DNA of 64,000 nt from a virus (taxonomy: Duplodnaviria; Caudoviricetes), in the IMG/VR virus record IMGVR_UViG_2706795432_000001, positions 1-64,000 of that record; one strand, 5' to 3'. The notes beneath the pieces were generated by a model that was given only the letters and a program-made list of their open reading frames with translations, was not told where the DNA came from and did no database searches. Made by a program: the position numbers and the translations under genes. Each line of letters begins with the position of its first letter. The first letter of the stretch is position 1. Of this stretch, positions 9,539-20,177 are shown one piece after another.

Positions 9539-11893
9539 ATGGAAATGAATGACGAATATAAGGTCCAGTCTGAGAACCGGAACGAACAACCAGATACGGT
9601 TGATGTCGAACGCATTGAAGATGCGAACGATGGTGCAAAGTCTACCATGACTGACTGGACGAAAGAGCCGAAGCTCGAAGATCTTCGTCAGGATCTGGAA
9701 TTTGCTCGTCAAGAAACCGACGATCAAAAAAGCAATGTCACAGGATGGCTGGATCTCCGGAACGCAACAGGAGCGGAAGCACCGAAGAAAGCGAAACCGG
9801 GTCGATCCGCTGTCCAACCGAAACTCATTCGTAAGCACAACGAATGGCGTTATCCGGCTCTGAGTGAGCCTTTCCTGAACACTGACCGCATGTTCCAAGT
9901 CCTTCCTCGTACTCATGAGGATGGGCCAAAAGCCAAACAGAATCAGGTGGTTCTGAACTGGCAGTGGGACACCAAGATCAACAAAGTCGATTTCATTGAC
10001 CGTTACGTTCGTACCGCTGTGGACGAAGGTTCTGTCATTGTGCGTGTTGGTTGGGAGCAAGAATTCCGTACCGAAGAAGTTGAGATGCCGACGTATGACT
10101 ACTTCCCTGTGAATGAGGAACAGGAAGGTCAAATGATCATGCAGGCAATCCAACTGATGCAGAGTGCTGGGCATGAATGGGAAAACCTTCCTGAAACTCT
10201 GAAAGCATCGGCTGAAATGTCGATGGAGATGCAGCAACTTGTGACTGCAAAAGAATCCGGTACTGAGATGACAACCACTGAACGGATGGTGAAGAACTGC
10301 CCGTCTGTGCGTATTATCAACGTGGCCAATTTGTTCGTCGATCCGTCGTGTGAAGGTGACTGGGAAAATGCCCAGTACATGATCTACACCTATGAAGCGA
10401 CCAAATCCGAACTGATGGCCAAGAAAGAGACCTATCAGAATCTGGAAAATGTGAACTGGGAATCTGCCAAGATCCAATCGAACCATGGCAATCCAGATCA
10501 TGAAAGCTCGACTCCAGCAAATGACATGCGTACTGCTGGTTCTGGTTCCGCTGATAAGCAGAAGGTTCTGGTCTACGAATACTGGGGTCTTTATGACATC
10601 TACGACAATGGGATCATGGTTCCCATCGTTGTGACTTGGGTTGGTGAAACCATCATCGAGATGCGTCAAAATCCATTCCCTGACAAGCGTCCTCCGTTTG
10701 TCATTGTTCCGTATATGCCTATTCTCAAATCAGTCTTTGGCGAGGCTGATGCGTCGCTGCTCCAAGATAACCAACGGATCATTGGTGCTGTCACTCGTGG
10801 GGTCATTGACCTCATGGGTCGTTCGGCCAATGCTCAGACTGGTTATGCCAAAGGCTTCCTCGATCCTGTCAACAAGCGTCGTTTCACGAACGGGGAAGAC
10901 TTTGAATTCAACCCAAATGGGGATCCAAAAGCAAATATCCGTCAAATGGAGTACCCCGAAATTCCGAGGTCAGCCCATGAAACGATCCAGATGCAAAACG
11001 CAGAAGCAGAGGCACTTACCGGGGTTAAGTCCTTTAGTGGAGGGATTTCAGGAGATGCCTACGGATCGGTTGCTACTGGTATTCGCGGTGCTCTCGACAG
11101 TGCTGCTACTCGGGAAATGAGCATTCTTCGTCGTCTTGCAAAAGGTATGCAGGATATTGGTACGAAGATTATCGCAATGAACGCCAAGTTCTTGAGTGAC
11201 AAGGAGATCATCCGAGTCACCAATGAACAGTTTGTTGAGGTTTCCCGTGCTGAACTGGAAGGCAACTTCGATCTGAAAGTCGATATCTCGACTGCTTCTG
11301 TTGATGAACAGAAAGCCAATGATCTTGGTATGGTTCTTCAGACTGTTGGTCCTGATATGGATCCAAACCTGCGGAAGATTGTCCTTGGCAAGATCGCAGA
11401 TCTCAAGCGTATGCCTGATCTGGCTGAACAAATCCGTGCCTATGAGCCTCAACCTGATCCTCTGCAAATTGCTCTGCAAGAAGCAGAACTTCAGAAAGCT
11501 CAGACCGAGATTGAACTCAATCAGGCTCGTGCAGAAGAAGCTCGTGCTCGTGCTGCTAAACTTCTGGAAGAAGTTGATGAGGCTATGTCTGGTCTCAAGC
11601 ATGAACGTGAAGTTGAGAAGATGGGTGCTCAAGCTGCTGGAAACCGTGCTACGGAAATCACTAAGGCACTGTTGGCTGGAGAAACTCCTGCTCAAAACAT
11701 CGAAGCTGCTGTTGGATTCAACAAGATCAAAGAGATGGAAGACGAACGGGATACCGCTGCTCCTCGTGGACGTGGTGGCCCAAGTGGTGCTCCTGCTCTT
11801 GGTTCTGGTTTCTCAGATCCTTCGATGGTTCCTCCTCAACTTAATCAACAGGGTGGACAACCGCTTCCAATTGGTCCATTGAGCACTCAGTAA
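9539..11893 (+). CDS. Portal protein (N4 gp59-like)
   Basis: 784 aa from ATG 9539 (TAAGG RBS); VQPKLIRKHNEWRYPALSEPFL and PFVIVPY motifs; synteny. Confidence 0.92.
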   Translation: MEMNDEYKVQSENRNEQPDTVDVERIEDANDGAKSTMTDWTKEPKLEDLRQDLEFARQETDDQKSNVTGWLDLRNATGAEAPKKAKPGRSAVQPKLIRKHNEWRYPALSEPFLNTDRMFQVLPRTHEDGPKAKQNQVVLNWQWDTKINKVDFIDRYVRTAVDEGSVIVRVGWEQEFRTEEVEMPTYDYFPVNEEQEGQMIMQAIQLMQSAGHEWENLPETLKASAEMSMEMQQLVTAKESGTEMTTTERMVKNCPSVRIINVANLFVDPSCEGDWENAQYMIYTYEATKSELMAKKETYQNLENVNWESAKIQSNHGNPDHESSTPANDMRTAGSGSADKQKVLVYEYWGLYDIYDNGIMVPIVVTWVGETIIEMRQNPFPDKRPPFVIVPYMPILKSVFGEADASLLQDNQRIIGAVTRGVIDLMGRSANAQTGYAKGFLDPVNKRRFTNGEDFEFNPNGDPKANIRQMEYPEIPRSAHETIQMQNAEAEALTGVKSFSGGISGDAYGSVATGIRGALDSAATREMSILRRLAKGMQDIGTKIIAMNAKFLSDKEIIRVTNEQFVEVSRAELEGNFDLKVDISTASVDEQKANDLGMVLQTVGPDMDPNLRKIVLGKIADLKRMPDLAEQIRAYEPQPDPLQIALQEAELQKAQTEIELNQARAEEARARAAKLLEEVDEAMSGLKHEREVEKMGAQAAGNRATEITKALLAGETPAQNIEAAVGFNKIKEMEDERDTAAPRGRGGPSGAPALGSGFSDPSMVPPQLNQQGGQPLPIGPLSTQ

Positions 11894-11946
11894 GACTGAA
11901 GGAACCCTGAAAGGCAGGGTTCTAGTCAATTGCTGAGAGGTGTCCA

Positions 11947-12330
11947 ATGGACCTGTACAATGCGTCTCTGGGTGAAGAAGAACCCGAAACCATCGAACTG
12001 ACCCATGAACAGTATGAGGAAGCCAAAGCTCACTTTGCCGATATCATCGCCAAAGGTGAAGCTGCTCGTCGTCTCGCTGAGAACGATGACTTCAAACTGC
12101 TGATTATGCAGGGCTATTTCGTCGATGAACCTAGCCGAATGGCTGAACTCCTGTCCTCTGGTCGTTTGAATGACAAGGTGGCAGATGACTGCACTGAGTC
12201 GATCAAAGCAGTTGGCAAATTCCGGAACTATATGAAGAACATCGTTGAGCAATCGAACATGGCTCAAGATGAACTCAAAGGTCTGGAAGAAGCCCGAGAT
12301 CTCGCAATCAAGGAAGCAGCCGGGGAATAA
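11947..12330 (+). CDS. N4 gp58-like protein
   Basis: 127 aa helical acidic protein between portal and scaffold. Confidence 0.7.
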   Translation: MDLYNASLGEEEPETIELTHEQYEEAKAHFADIIAKGEAARRLAENDDFKLLIMQGYFVDEPSRMAELLSSGRLNDKVADDCTESIKAVGKFRNYMKNIVEQSNMAQDELKGLEEARDLAIKEAAGE

Positions 12331-12341
12331 CCCCGGCTTTT
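12318..12341 (+). terminator. Probable terminator
   Basis: AGCCGGGG-AATAA-CCCCGGCT followed by TTT. Confidence 0.6.
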
Positions 12342-12376
12342 CCGCATTTCCCTAAGCCCAATGATGGAGAATAATC

Positions 12377-13729
12377 ATGGCTAACGAACCCAAAGAAATC
12401 GACTTCGACAACATGAGTGATGAAGACTTCCTGAAGTTGGATGAGGAACAGTTTTCGGGAAACGTCCCCGAAGGTGAAACAACTCTGTCCAACAATGAGG
12501 AAGAAGATGACTCAATCCAAACGTCGAACGAAGAACCTGATCTCGAAGACACTCCAGATCCTGACGCATCTACTGACGGTGGTGAGTCTGACGATGCCGG
12601 GGGTGACACTGATTCCGACCCCGATCTCGAAGACCCGAATGCCGAAGAAGAAGATCCGGAAGAAGACAAGTCATCTGACCCCATGGCCGGGGAAGGAAGT
12701 GAAACGGGTGAGGAACCATCGTCCGGTGAGCAACCCAAAGCAGACTCCCAAGAAGAAGGGAAGACTGCCTCCGAAGACGATGGAGTGAAACCCAAGGCTG
12801 GCAAAGGAGAAACTCCTGCCAAAGCTGGGTATTACAAACTCCCTGATGGCATGGACACTGCTCAGGTGGATGAAGCCCTTGGTTTCTTCCAGAAGATTAC
12901 CACTCCGTTCAAAGCGGATGGGAAAGACTTCACTGTGCGTTCTCCTGAAGATGCAATTCGGTTGATGCAACAAGGCGTGAATTATTCTCGCCGGATGCAG
13001 GAAATCAAACCGATGAAAGCTCTGAATCGGATGCTTACAGACCAAGGTTTGAATGATCCGAACAAGCTGAACTTCCTGATCGACCTGTCAAAAGGTGACA
13101 AAGGGGCAATTACACAGTTGCTAAAAAGTCACAATATTGACCCGATGGATCTTGATACGGAAAAAGATTCGGGTTATCAGGCCAATAACTACCAAGGCGA
13201 CCCACAGGACAATGAGTTCCGGGATGCGTTGGATATGGCACTAACTTCGCCGGAAGGCCAAGCTCTGGTAACTCATATTCACCGTGACTGGGACAAAGCG
13301 TCAAAAGCTAAACTTCGGGAGAATCCGGGAATTATCGGCAATCTCCAAGAGTTGAAGCGAAATGGTGTCTACGACAAGGTGGTATCGGAGTTGGAATATC
13401 AAAAGAGTATGGGCTACCTGCTCAATGTTCCGTTCCTTCAGGCTTTTGACCAAGTTGGTGAAGCCATGAAGAATGCGGGTGTGTTCCAAAGTGCTCCACA
13501 AAATCCCGGTCAAGGAAGTTCTATGGCTCCGTTGCAGACGACGGGCCAACCCCAGAGCCAACCTGTTGCATCGGGAGGACGGAAGCCCAAGGCGCAGTCG
13601 AAGCCTACGGCCAATCCACATCTTTCTTCGACACCTCCATCGAAGCAGTCTGCTTCGGCTCCGGCCAAAGAGATTGATTTCGACAAAATGTCGGATGAGG
13701 AATTCGCCAAACTGGCTCCTCCCGAGTGA
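12377..13729 (+). CDS. N4 gp57-like protein (probable capsid scaffold)
   Basis: 450 aa; acidic low-complexity N-terminus; LMQQGVNYSRRMQ core; directly upstream of the major capsid gene. Confidence 0.8.
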   Translation: MANEPKEIDFDNMSDEDFLKLDEEQFSGNVPEGETTLSNNEEEDDSIQTSNEEPDLEDTPDPDASTDGGESDDAGGDTDSDPDLEDPNAEEEDPEEDKSSDPMAGEGSETGEEPSSGEQPKADSQEEGKTASEDDGVKPKAGKGETPAKAGYYKLPDGMDTAQVDEALGFFQKITTPFKADGKDFTVRSPEDAIRLMQQGVNYSRRMQEIKPMKALNRMLTDQGLNDPNKLNFLIDLSKGDKGAITQLLKSHNIDPMDLDTEKDSGYQANNYQGDPQDNEFRDALDMALTSPEGQALVTHIHRDWDKASKAKLRENPGIIGNLQELKRNGVYDKVVSELEYQKSMGYLLNVPFLQAFDQVGEAMKNAGVFQSAPQNPGQGSSMAPLQTTGQPQSQPVASGGRKPKAQSKPTANPHLSSTPPSKQSASAPAKEIDFDKMSDEEFAKLAPPE

Positions 13730-13758
13730 AATCGCTGAGACACTGAAAGGAAAACACC

Positions 13759-15204
13759 ATGGCTCAGATTTACAACGCACCGAAAGTCGGTGTTGATGGC
13801 TCGCCGCAATCTTCGGTTGGCCCCCAGTTCAACACCCATTACTGGGACCGCAAGTCCCTGATGGATGCTGCCGAAGAGATGTATTTCTCTCCGCTGGCTG
13901 ACGCAAAATCCATGCCGAAACACTTCGGTAAGGAACTGAAGGTCTTCTACTACGTTCCGCTTCTGGACGAACTGAACGTCAACGACCAAGGTATCGACGC
14001 CAATGGTGTTGCCCGTGTTCCGGGTACTTTCACCGTGACGTTCCCTGCCGTTGTGGAAGTCCTCGATGCAGGTGCTGCTGCCGCAGTGACTGCGATCAAC
14101 GACAACGTGAACTCGGCCACGGGTACTGCTGAAGTTGTTGCTGCCGCTGGTGGTGACGGTCCTTCGGGTGCTACCCACACGCTGATCACCCTGACTGACA
14201 ACGTGGTTCACTATGCCAACGAAGCCGATGCAGATGCAGCTATCGCTGCTGCTGGTGCTGGTGTGAAGCAAGAGAACGTCGGTGCTCTGTACGGTGGTTC
14301 GCGTGACGTTGGTACGATTCTTGGCAAGATGCCGACCCTGACCGAGAACGGTGGCCGCGTGAACCGCGTTGGCTTTACCCGTCTGGAACGGAAAGGCGAA
14401 ATCCAAGAACATGGCTTCTTCATGGAATGGACCGAAGATTCTCTGATGTTCGATACGGACTCGGAACTCTACGGCCACCTGTCCCGTGAGATGCTGCGTG
14501 GTGCCAACGAGATCTACGAAGATCTGCTTCAGGCCGACCTGCTGAACGCTGCTGACGTGAAGATCTATCCGGGTGTGGCGACTTCGCTGCGTAAAATCTC
14601 GGGTGAATCTGGCTCGGTGACTGCACTGGATGTCGGTGATCTGAAGCGTTTGTCGGTGATCCTTGATGACAACCGCACGCCCAAGAAGACCACGATCATC
14701 AAAGGTAGCCGCATGACGGATACCCGTGTGATCTCGGCTTCGCGTATCGCTTACATCGGTTCCGAACTCCAGATCATGATCAGTGACTGGAATGACTTCG
14801 TACCCGTTGAACAGTATGCAGATGCTGCGACTCTGATGAATGGCGAGATCGGTGCAATTCCGACTGCTCATCTTCGGATCATCGTGGTTCCGCAGATGAT
14901 GCGCTGGCAGGGTGTGGGTGCTGACGAAGGCACCAATGGTGGTTATCAGGCAACTGGTGGTCGTTACGACGTGGCTCCGCTGCTTGTCATCGGTAACGAA
15001 GCGTTCGCAACCATTGGTCTTCAGGGCATGACCGGAAAAGGCAAAGCCAAATTCCGTATCATCGTCAAGAAGCCGGGTGAAAAGACCGCTGACCGGACTG
15101 ACCCCTACGGCAAGATCGGGTTCTCCTCGATCAAGTTCTTCTACGGCTTCATCAAGCTCCGTGGTGAACGTATGGCCGTGGCCTACAGCCCGATCCCTGA
15201 GTAA
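13759..15204 (+). CDS. Major capsid protein (N4 gp56-like)
   Basis: 481 aa; MPKHFGKELKVFYYVPLLD, TENGGRVNRVGFTR and DPYGKIGFSSIKFFYG match the N4-type capsid; high-GC3 codon bias. Confidence 0.95.
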   Translation: MAQIYNAPKVGVDGSPQSSVGPQFNTHYWDRKSLMDAAEEMYFSPLADAKSMPKHFGKELKVFYYVPLLDELNVNDQGIDANGVARVPGTFTVTFPAVVEVLDAGAAAAVTAINDNVNSATGTAEVVAAAGGDGPSGATHTLITLTDNVVHYANEADADAAIAAAGAGVKQENVGALYGGSRDVGTILGKMPTLTENGGRVNRVGFTRLERKGEIQEHGFFMEWTEDSLMFDTDSELYGHLSREMLRGANEIYEDLLQADLLNAADVKIYPGVATSLRKISGESGSVTALDVGDLKRLSVILDDNRTPKKTTIIKGSRMTDTRVISASRIAYIGSELQIMISDWNDFVPVEQYADAATLMNGEIGAIPTAHLRIIVVPQMMRWQGVGADEGTNGGYQATGGRYDVAPLLVIGNEAFATIGLQGMTGKGKAKFRIIVKKPGEKTADRTDPYGKIGFSSIKFFYGFIKLRGERMAVAYSPIPE

Positions 15205-15226
15205 TCTCAGGCTCATAAGACAGATT

Positions 15227-15250
15227 GAGGCTCCTTCGGGAGCCTCTTTC
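15227..15250 (+). terminator. Terminator after the major capsid gene
   Basis: GAGGCTCC-TTCG-GGAGCCTC followed by TTT. Confidence 0.8.
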
Positions 15251-15315
15251 ATTTGCACCAGTCTTTAGGCTGTGTTAAGCGACCATCACCATGGTAACTC
15301 AAAAGGAAAAACCCA

Positions 15316-16038
15316 ATGGATGATATCTCCAACAAAACCCCGGCTGAACTTCTGGAAATCGTCGAGAACACTGATGACAAAGAAGTGCTCCGGTTCATTG
15401 CCAATGAGATGGAAGTCTCATTCTCTGGCAACACTGGTGTCGGTACTCTGAAAGAGAAACTGATCCCTGTTCTGGAAGCCAAGGCAAATCCGGAACCTGA
15501 AGTGGACAAGGATGACCCCATCATGCAAGCACTGGCGAACAAACCTGTCGAAGAACCTGTGAAGACTGAACCAAAGAAGGTTCTGAATCTTCCTCGCACT
15601 GCACAAGCATTGCTGAATCCCAACACTCCCGGTCTTTCTGAAGTCGAGAAACGTGCCATCGTTCGTGCGAAGGCAATGCGTCTCCATCGGGTGCGTGTTC
15701 ACAATCTCGATCCGAATGACTCGGCTCTGCCGGGTGCCATCAAGACCGTCTACAACAAGTACACGGGCAAGGTGTCGAAATACATTCCCTTCGGTGAAGA
15801 GAATGAACTGGGCTGGCACATTCCTGAAATTCTGCTGAACTCTCTCCGTGAGGAGAAGTACACCATGCGGAAGGAAGTGAAACAGCGTGGTCAGGTTTCG
15901 AGTTTCGGTGTAAAACAGTACAAGACTGTTCTGATGCCCAAATTCAACATCGAGATCCTGCCTCCGATGACGAAGGAAGAGATCGCTGGTTTGGCTCAGG
16001 ACCAGAAAGCTCGTGGTGCAATCGACACTCACGATTAA
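15316..16038 (+). CDS. N4 gp55-like protein
   Basis: 240 aa; synteny after the capsid gene; AAGGA RBS. Confidence 0.75.
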   Translation: MDDISNKTPAELLEIVENTDDKEVLRFIANEMEVSFSGNTGVGTLKEKLIPVLEAKANPEPEVDKDDPIMQALANKPVEEPVKTEPKKVLNLPRTAQALLNPNTPGLSEVEKRAIVRAKAMRLHRVRVHNLDPNDSALPGAIKTVYNKYTGKVSKYIPFGEENELGWHIPEILLNSLREEKYTMRKEVKQRGQVSSFGVKQYKTVLMPKFNIEILPPMTKEEIAGLAQDQKARGAIDTHD

Positions 16039-16076
16039 TCGGTCTATATCGGACTGAACTGCCATAGGAGAAGATC

Positions 16077-17429
16077 ATGAGCAACGAATTCGAAAACCAA
16101 GACAATTCGTCTACGCTGGCGAATGATCTTTTCACAGCATTGACGACGGGGGTAACTATTCCCCCGTCGCCTGACTTTTCTGATCCAAAGTACGACTTCA
16201 CTCCAGATACCGCCTCTGATCTTTATCAAGATGTGGTTGGAGCAACTATTGCTGAAGTGACAGCAGGTAAAAACACTCTCGAAGGAACAGGTGCATTCGA
16301 TGTGTTCATGATTGCCATGGACAAACACCTTGAGCGTGAGTTCAAAGGGAATCGAATCACTGGTTCACAGTATGCAGAGGTCTATACGGCTGTGGCCAAT
16401 CAGGTGATGGGACAGGCAGTCTCCTTCACCCTCCAGAAAGACCAAGCTCGCTGGCAAGCCATTACCGCACAGATGCAAGCCCGTATCGCTGAAATTCAGG
16501 CTACTGAAGCTCTCATTCGTCTTGAACAGACGAAGATTGAAGCTGCGAATGCGAACTTCCAACTGAACCTGACTGCTGCTCAGTATGCTCTGACGAAGAT
16601 GCAGATTGCGACTGAAGAAGCACAGCATGACAGTGTGACTGCTGATGTTGCCATCAAGCAATTCCAGCGGAACTATCAACAGCCTGCTGATCTGGCTATC
16701 ACGCATTACGAACGTACTGCTGTGATGCCTTCCACTGTGGCTATGAATGAGTTCCAGACTGACCGGATCCTTCCGGCACAGGCAGCCATTGCTGAATACC
16801 AGAACCGTGTTCTTCAGCCTCTGGAAGCTGATATTCAGACGCTGCAACGTGATCGTATCATCCCAACTCAGGCTGATATCGAAGACTTCAAGCGTGACTC
16901 CATGCAGCCTGTGGAACTGGCACAGCAACAGCACATCCTGAACCAACGGATGCCTCAAGAGACCGCCCTCATCAAAGAGCAGGTGGAAACTCAGCGTGCC
17001 AATACTCTGGAAACCCGGACTGATGGTTTGACCCCGGTACAAGGTGTCATTGCTCTTCAGAAACGGAACCTCATCGCTGATGCAGACATCAAGGACTACA
17101 ACCTTGCCAATACTCTGCCTCGTCAGGTGGATCTGTTGGGTGAGCAGATCACCCTCACCACTGAACAAGGTGAAGCAGAACGTGCCAAAACTCTGGACAC
17201 TCGTGCAGATGGTGCAACTGTTGAAGGTTCTGTTGGGAAACAGAAAGATCTGTACGATCAGCAGATCGACTCCTTCATCAAGGATGCTCAACACAAGACG
17301 GCCAAGATGTTCTTGGATTCGTGGATCACCCGGAAAACTCTGGATATCGGTGTTCCGGTTCCTGCTGAGTTTTCTGAGACAACTGTTTCCAACGTGTTCA
17401 ATAACGTCCGGACAAACAACAATATCTAA
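16077..17429 (+). CDS. N4 gp54-like virion (tail) protein with 15-aa repeats
   Basis: 450 aa; GTGAFDVFM motif; synteny. Confidence 0.75.
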   Translation: MSNEFENQDNSSTLANDLFTALTTGVTIPPSPDFSDPKYDFTPDTASDLYQDVVGATIAEVTAGKNTLEGTGAFDVFMIAMDKHLEREFKGNRITGSQYAEVYTAVANQVMGQAVSFTLQKDQARWQAITAQMQARIAEIQATEALIRLEQTKIEAANANFQLNLTAAQYALTKMQIATEEAQHDSVTADVAIKQFQRNYQQPADLAITHYERTAVMPSTVAMNEFQTDRILPAQAAIAEYQNRVLQPLEADIQTLQRDRIIPTQADIEDFKRDSMQPVELAQQQHILNQRMPQETALIKEQVETQRANTLETRTDGLTPVQGVIALQKRNLIADADIKDYNLANTLPRQVDLLGEQITLTTEQGEAERAKTLDTRADGATVEGSVGKQKDLYDQQIDSFIKDAQHKTAKMFLDSWITRKTLDIGVPVPAEFSETTVSNVFNNVRTNNNI

Positions 17430-17441
17430 GGAGACTTCCAC

Positions 17442-20177
17442 ATGGGTCTGTTCTCCTCAAAGAAAATCATCACCGTCTCCAGCACATTGTACAATATGGC
17501 TGGGGACGAAGATGATCGTCCAGACTTTCTGAAAGGTACGCTCTTTGGAGCGGTTATGGCCAATGCTCCGTCATTGGCTGATGACTTGACTGGTGCCTAT
17601 TTCAATGGTCCGGGACAGAAACAGCTTCAATTCTTTCGATACTGTCAGCAGTTGGATTACTCCATCATGCCAACAGCTTCGATTACCAATTCCAGTGTAT
17701 TGGATGCTTCTGTGGTTGGGGCTGAGATTCCTCTGACGAGTGTCCCTCCTGCTCCTGCTGGTTTACAGATCTCTGCTTACCAATCTGCTATTGCAGATGG
17801 GGATTTTCAGATGTGGTTGGAGAAATGGATTCTCCTGAACCATTCTGATCGAATTGGTGAAGACTGGTTGGGTGAGTATGATCCTCCGACCAATACCTTC
17901 TCTGTGGAATTTCCGAACAATGACTTCTTCTCTTGGCTCAATGATGGGACGTATGGCCCTATCTATGATCCCAACAAACGATATGTCGTGTCCAAGTACA
18001 TCGAATACTCGGACAGTAGTGAAGGAGACTTGGTTGAAGGAACCCCAACAACAGGAGTGACCTCACTTCCTGATGTGACTGGATGGGATCAACTCTCAGC
18101 AACCTCGACATTCACCAATGTCACTCTGATCCGAAACCGAACCACCACTTTGAGCTATAACAATGGTGATCCTGATGTGGTGGTTGAGAACAATGTATCT
18201 GCGAATGTGTCTGATACTCTCAGCACTGCTGAAGAGGTGTACCAACGTGAGATTGTCATCTCTCAGAATGGTATCGAGATGCAGGGTGAACGTCAGATCT
18301 GGAACTTCACAGCTACTGATGCAGTCGTTGGTGGATACACCGATACGGTTGTGACGACGACAGATCTGGGTGGAGGTGTGATTGAAACTCGAACCGAAGT
18401 AACTACTGGGGAGCAAGTCCTTGAACAGTGGACCACTCGGTATGATACTCAAGATCTGTTCATTGGGGAGCAATATGGGCCAGAACAGGTCTTCATCTAT
18501 GAGATCGGAACTGGCAATGCGACTCTCGATGCCTTGGTTTCAGATGTGGATGCTTCTGGTTTTCAAGAGTTTTTTCCATTTGTTCCAGTCCGGATTAACA
18601 ACCAGTCGATTGATGAACCTCAGTTTTCTGATCTGAAAGCAGAGAATGATGCGATCTATCGTCGAGCATTTCCGGGAAAACGATTTGATACGTTGGTTGA
18701 GACGGTAGAGGATAATCCTTCTATCGACGATATCGACTATGCTTATCTCTGCTGGGGTACTTCTCTGAATGCGAAAGACAACGCAGCCAAGATGTACACC
18801 TATGACTTCTTTAAGAAGATGATTCCATTTCAGTCTGGTGGTTCAGGAAGTGCCATGACTCAATTGGCAGCCGATGTGGCTGCGTATGAAGCTGCTCTGG
18901 CAGCCCTTGCGGCATGGGAAGCTCAATATGCTAATCAGGAAGGGAACGCATGGAATACTATCCCTCCTCGTCCTGAAGTGCCTTCTGCTCCGCCAGAACC
19001 ACCAACCAACACCATCAAACTCAAAGATGGGTCGATTGGTATCGACTATCGTTTGACATGGGTTCATGTGGAAGAAGAACAGTTCACTGGAACATTCGAA
19101 ATGCTTCCAGCTTTTGGTGAACAGCCTGCGATTGAATCTAAAATCAAAGACTGTAAACTCGAAGTTGGTCCAGATTTCACGTACCAAACTCGTGACACTT
19201 ACAACACTCGTGATGGTGAAGAAGTTCGTATGATTACGAACACTATCCCGTCGATGTATATCTATCGTCAGATTGATGAAAACACCTACCGTCGTTTGCA
19301 GATCTGGGGACTCATTTCCCGGAACTACATCTATGGCGGGAAGTCCGTTAATATTACTTCGACAGAGGCTCTGAATGATGATGAGGAATCTGGTTTCTTG
19401 GTTCCTCTCCATTATCCAACCATGTACGAAATGAATATCATCGACTACACGCAGCTTTGTACTGCGAACTCACATATCCTGTTCAACTCATATGAGATCA
19501 CAAAACAGAAGTGGTATCAGCGAGGGATCTTCAAGATCCTTCTGGTCATTGCAATCATCATCATCGCTGTTGTGGTATTCCCCGGTGCATTTGCCGGGGG
19601 AGCCGGGGTTCTGGGAGGGAACCTTGCCGTTGGCACTGCTCTGGGCCTTACAGGCACGGCTGCCTTGGTTGCAGGGGTCGTTGCCAACTACATCGCATCC
19701 ATCATCATTGCAGAAGTTCTGAAGATCGTTGGGACCGAACTCTTTGGTGAGAAATGGGGTGCTCTGTTTGCTGCTCTGGCAGGTTTTGCCCTTGGTATGG
19801 CAATCTCTGGAACGAGTCTCTTCAGTGCTGAAGGTCTTCTTGGTTTGGGGAATGCTCTTGCCAATGGTTATGCTGGCTGGGTTCAGGGTGATATTGCAGA
19901 AATGCAAGCTGACCTTGAAGATGATCGGAATACCTATGAGGAACGGATGGAATACATCCAAGATCTCATTGACGGGCTGGATGGAGAAAGTAATTTGAAT
20001 TTCAACCCAATGTTCCTTACAAGGAGCAATGAACGTGGCAATTCTCGTGGATATCTCCCGGAAACCCTAGATCAATACATCCGTCGAACAACCATGACTG
20101 GATCTGAGATCGTAGAACTCACACATGACATGGTGTATGAGTACACAACAATCGCAAGATCCCTGCCGAGGAATTGA
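17442..20177 (+). CDS. N4 gp53-like virion structural protein
   Basis: 911 aa; MGLFSSKK start; C-terminal hydrophobic segments; synteny. Confidence 0.75.
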   Translation: MGLFSSKKIITVSSTLYNMAGDEDDRPDFLKGTLFGAVMANAPSLADDLTGAYFNGPGQKQLQFFRYCQQLDYSIMPTASITNSSVLDASVVGAEIPLTSVPPAPAGLQISAYQSAIADGDFQMWLEKWILLNHSDRIGEDWLGEYDPPTNTFSVEFPNNDFFSWLNDGTYGPIYDPNKRYVVSKYIEYSDSSEGDLVEGTPTTGVTSLPDVTGWDQLSATSTFTNVTLIRNRTTTLSYNNGDPDVVVENNVSANVSDTLSTAEEVYQREIVISQNGIEMQGERQIWNFTATDAVVGGYTDTVVTTTDLGGGVIETRTEVTTGEQVLEQWTTRYDTQDLFIGEQYGPEQVFIYEIGTGNATLDALVSDVDASGFQEFFPFVPVRINNQSIDEPQFSDLKAENDAIYRRAFPGKRFDTLVETVEDNPSIDDIDYAYLCWGTSLNAKDNAAKMYTYDFFKKMIPFQSGGSGSAMTQLAADVAAYEAALAALAAWEAQYANQEGNAWNTIPPRPEVPSAPPEPPTNTIKLKDGSIGIDYRLTWVHVEEEQFTGTFEMLPAFGEQPAIESKIKDCKLEVGPDFTYQTRDTYNTRDGEEVRMITNTIPSMYIYRQIDENTYRRLQIWGLISRNYIYGGKSVNITSTEALNDDEESGFLVPLHYPTMYEMNIIDYTQLCTANSHILFNSYEITKQKWYQRGIFKILLVIAIIIIAVVVFPGAFAGGAGVLGGNLAVGTALGLTGTAALVAGVVANYIASIIIAEVLKIVGTELFGEKWGALFAALAGFALGMAISGTSLFSAEGLLGLGNALANGYAGWVQGDIAEMQADLEDDRNTYEERMEYIQDLIDGLDGESNLNFNPMFLTRSNERGNSRGYLPETLDQYIRRTTMTGSEIVELTHDMVYEYTTIARSLPRN

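Noticed and set aside
13510-15258. 582-aa minus-strand ORF
   Set aside because: Shadow of the codon-biased capsid gene
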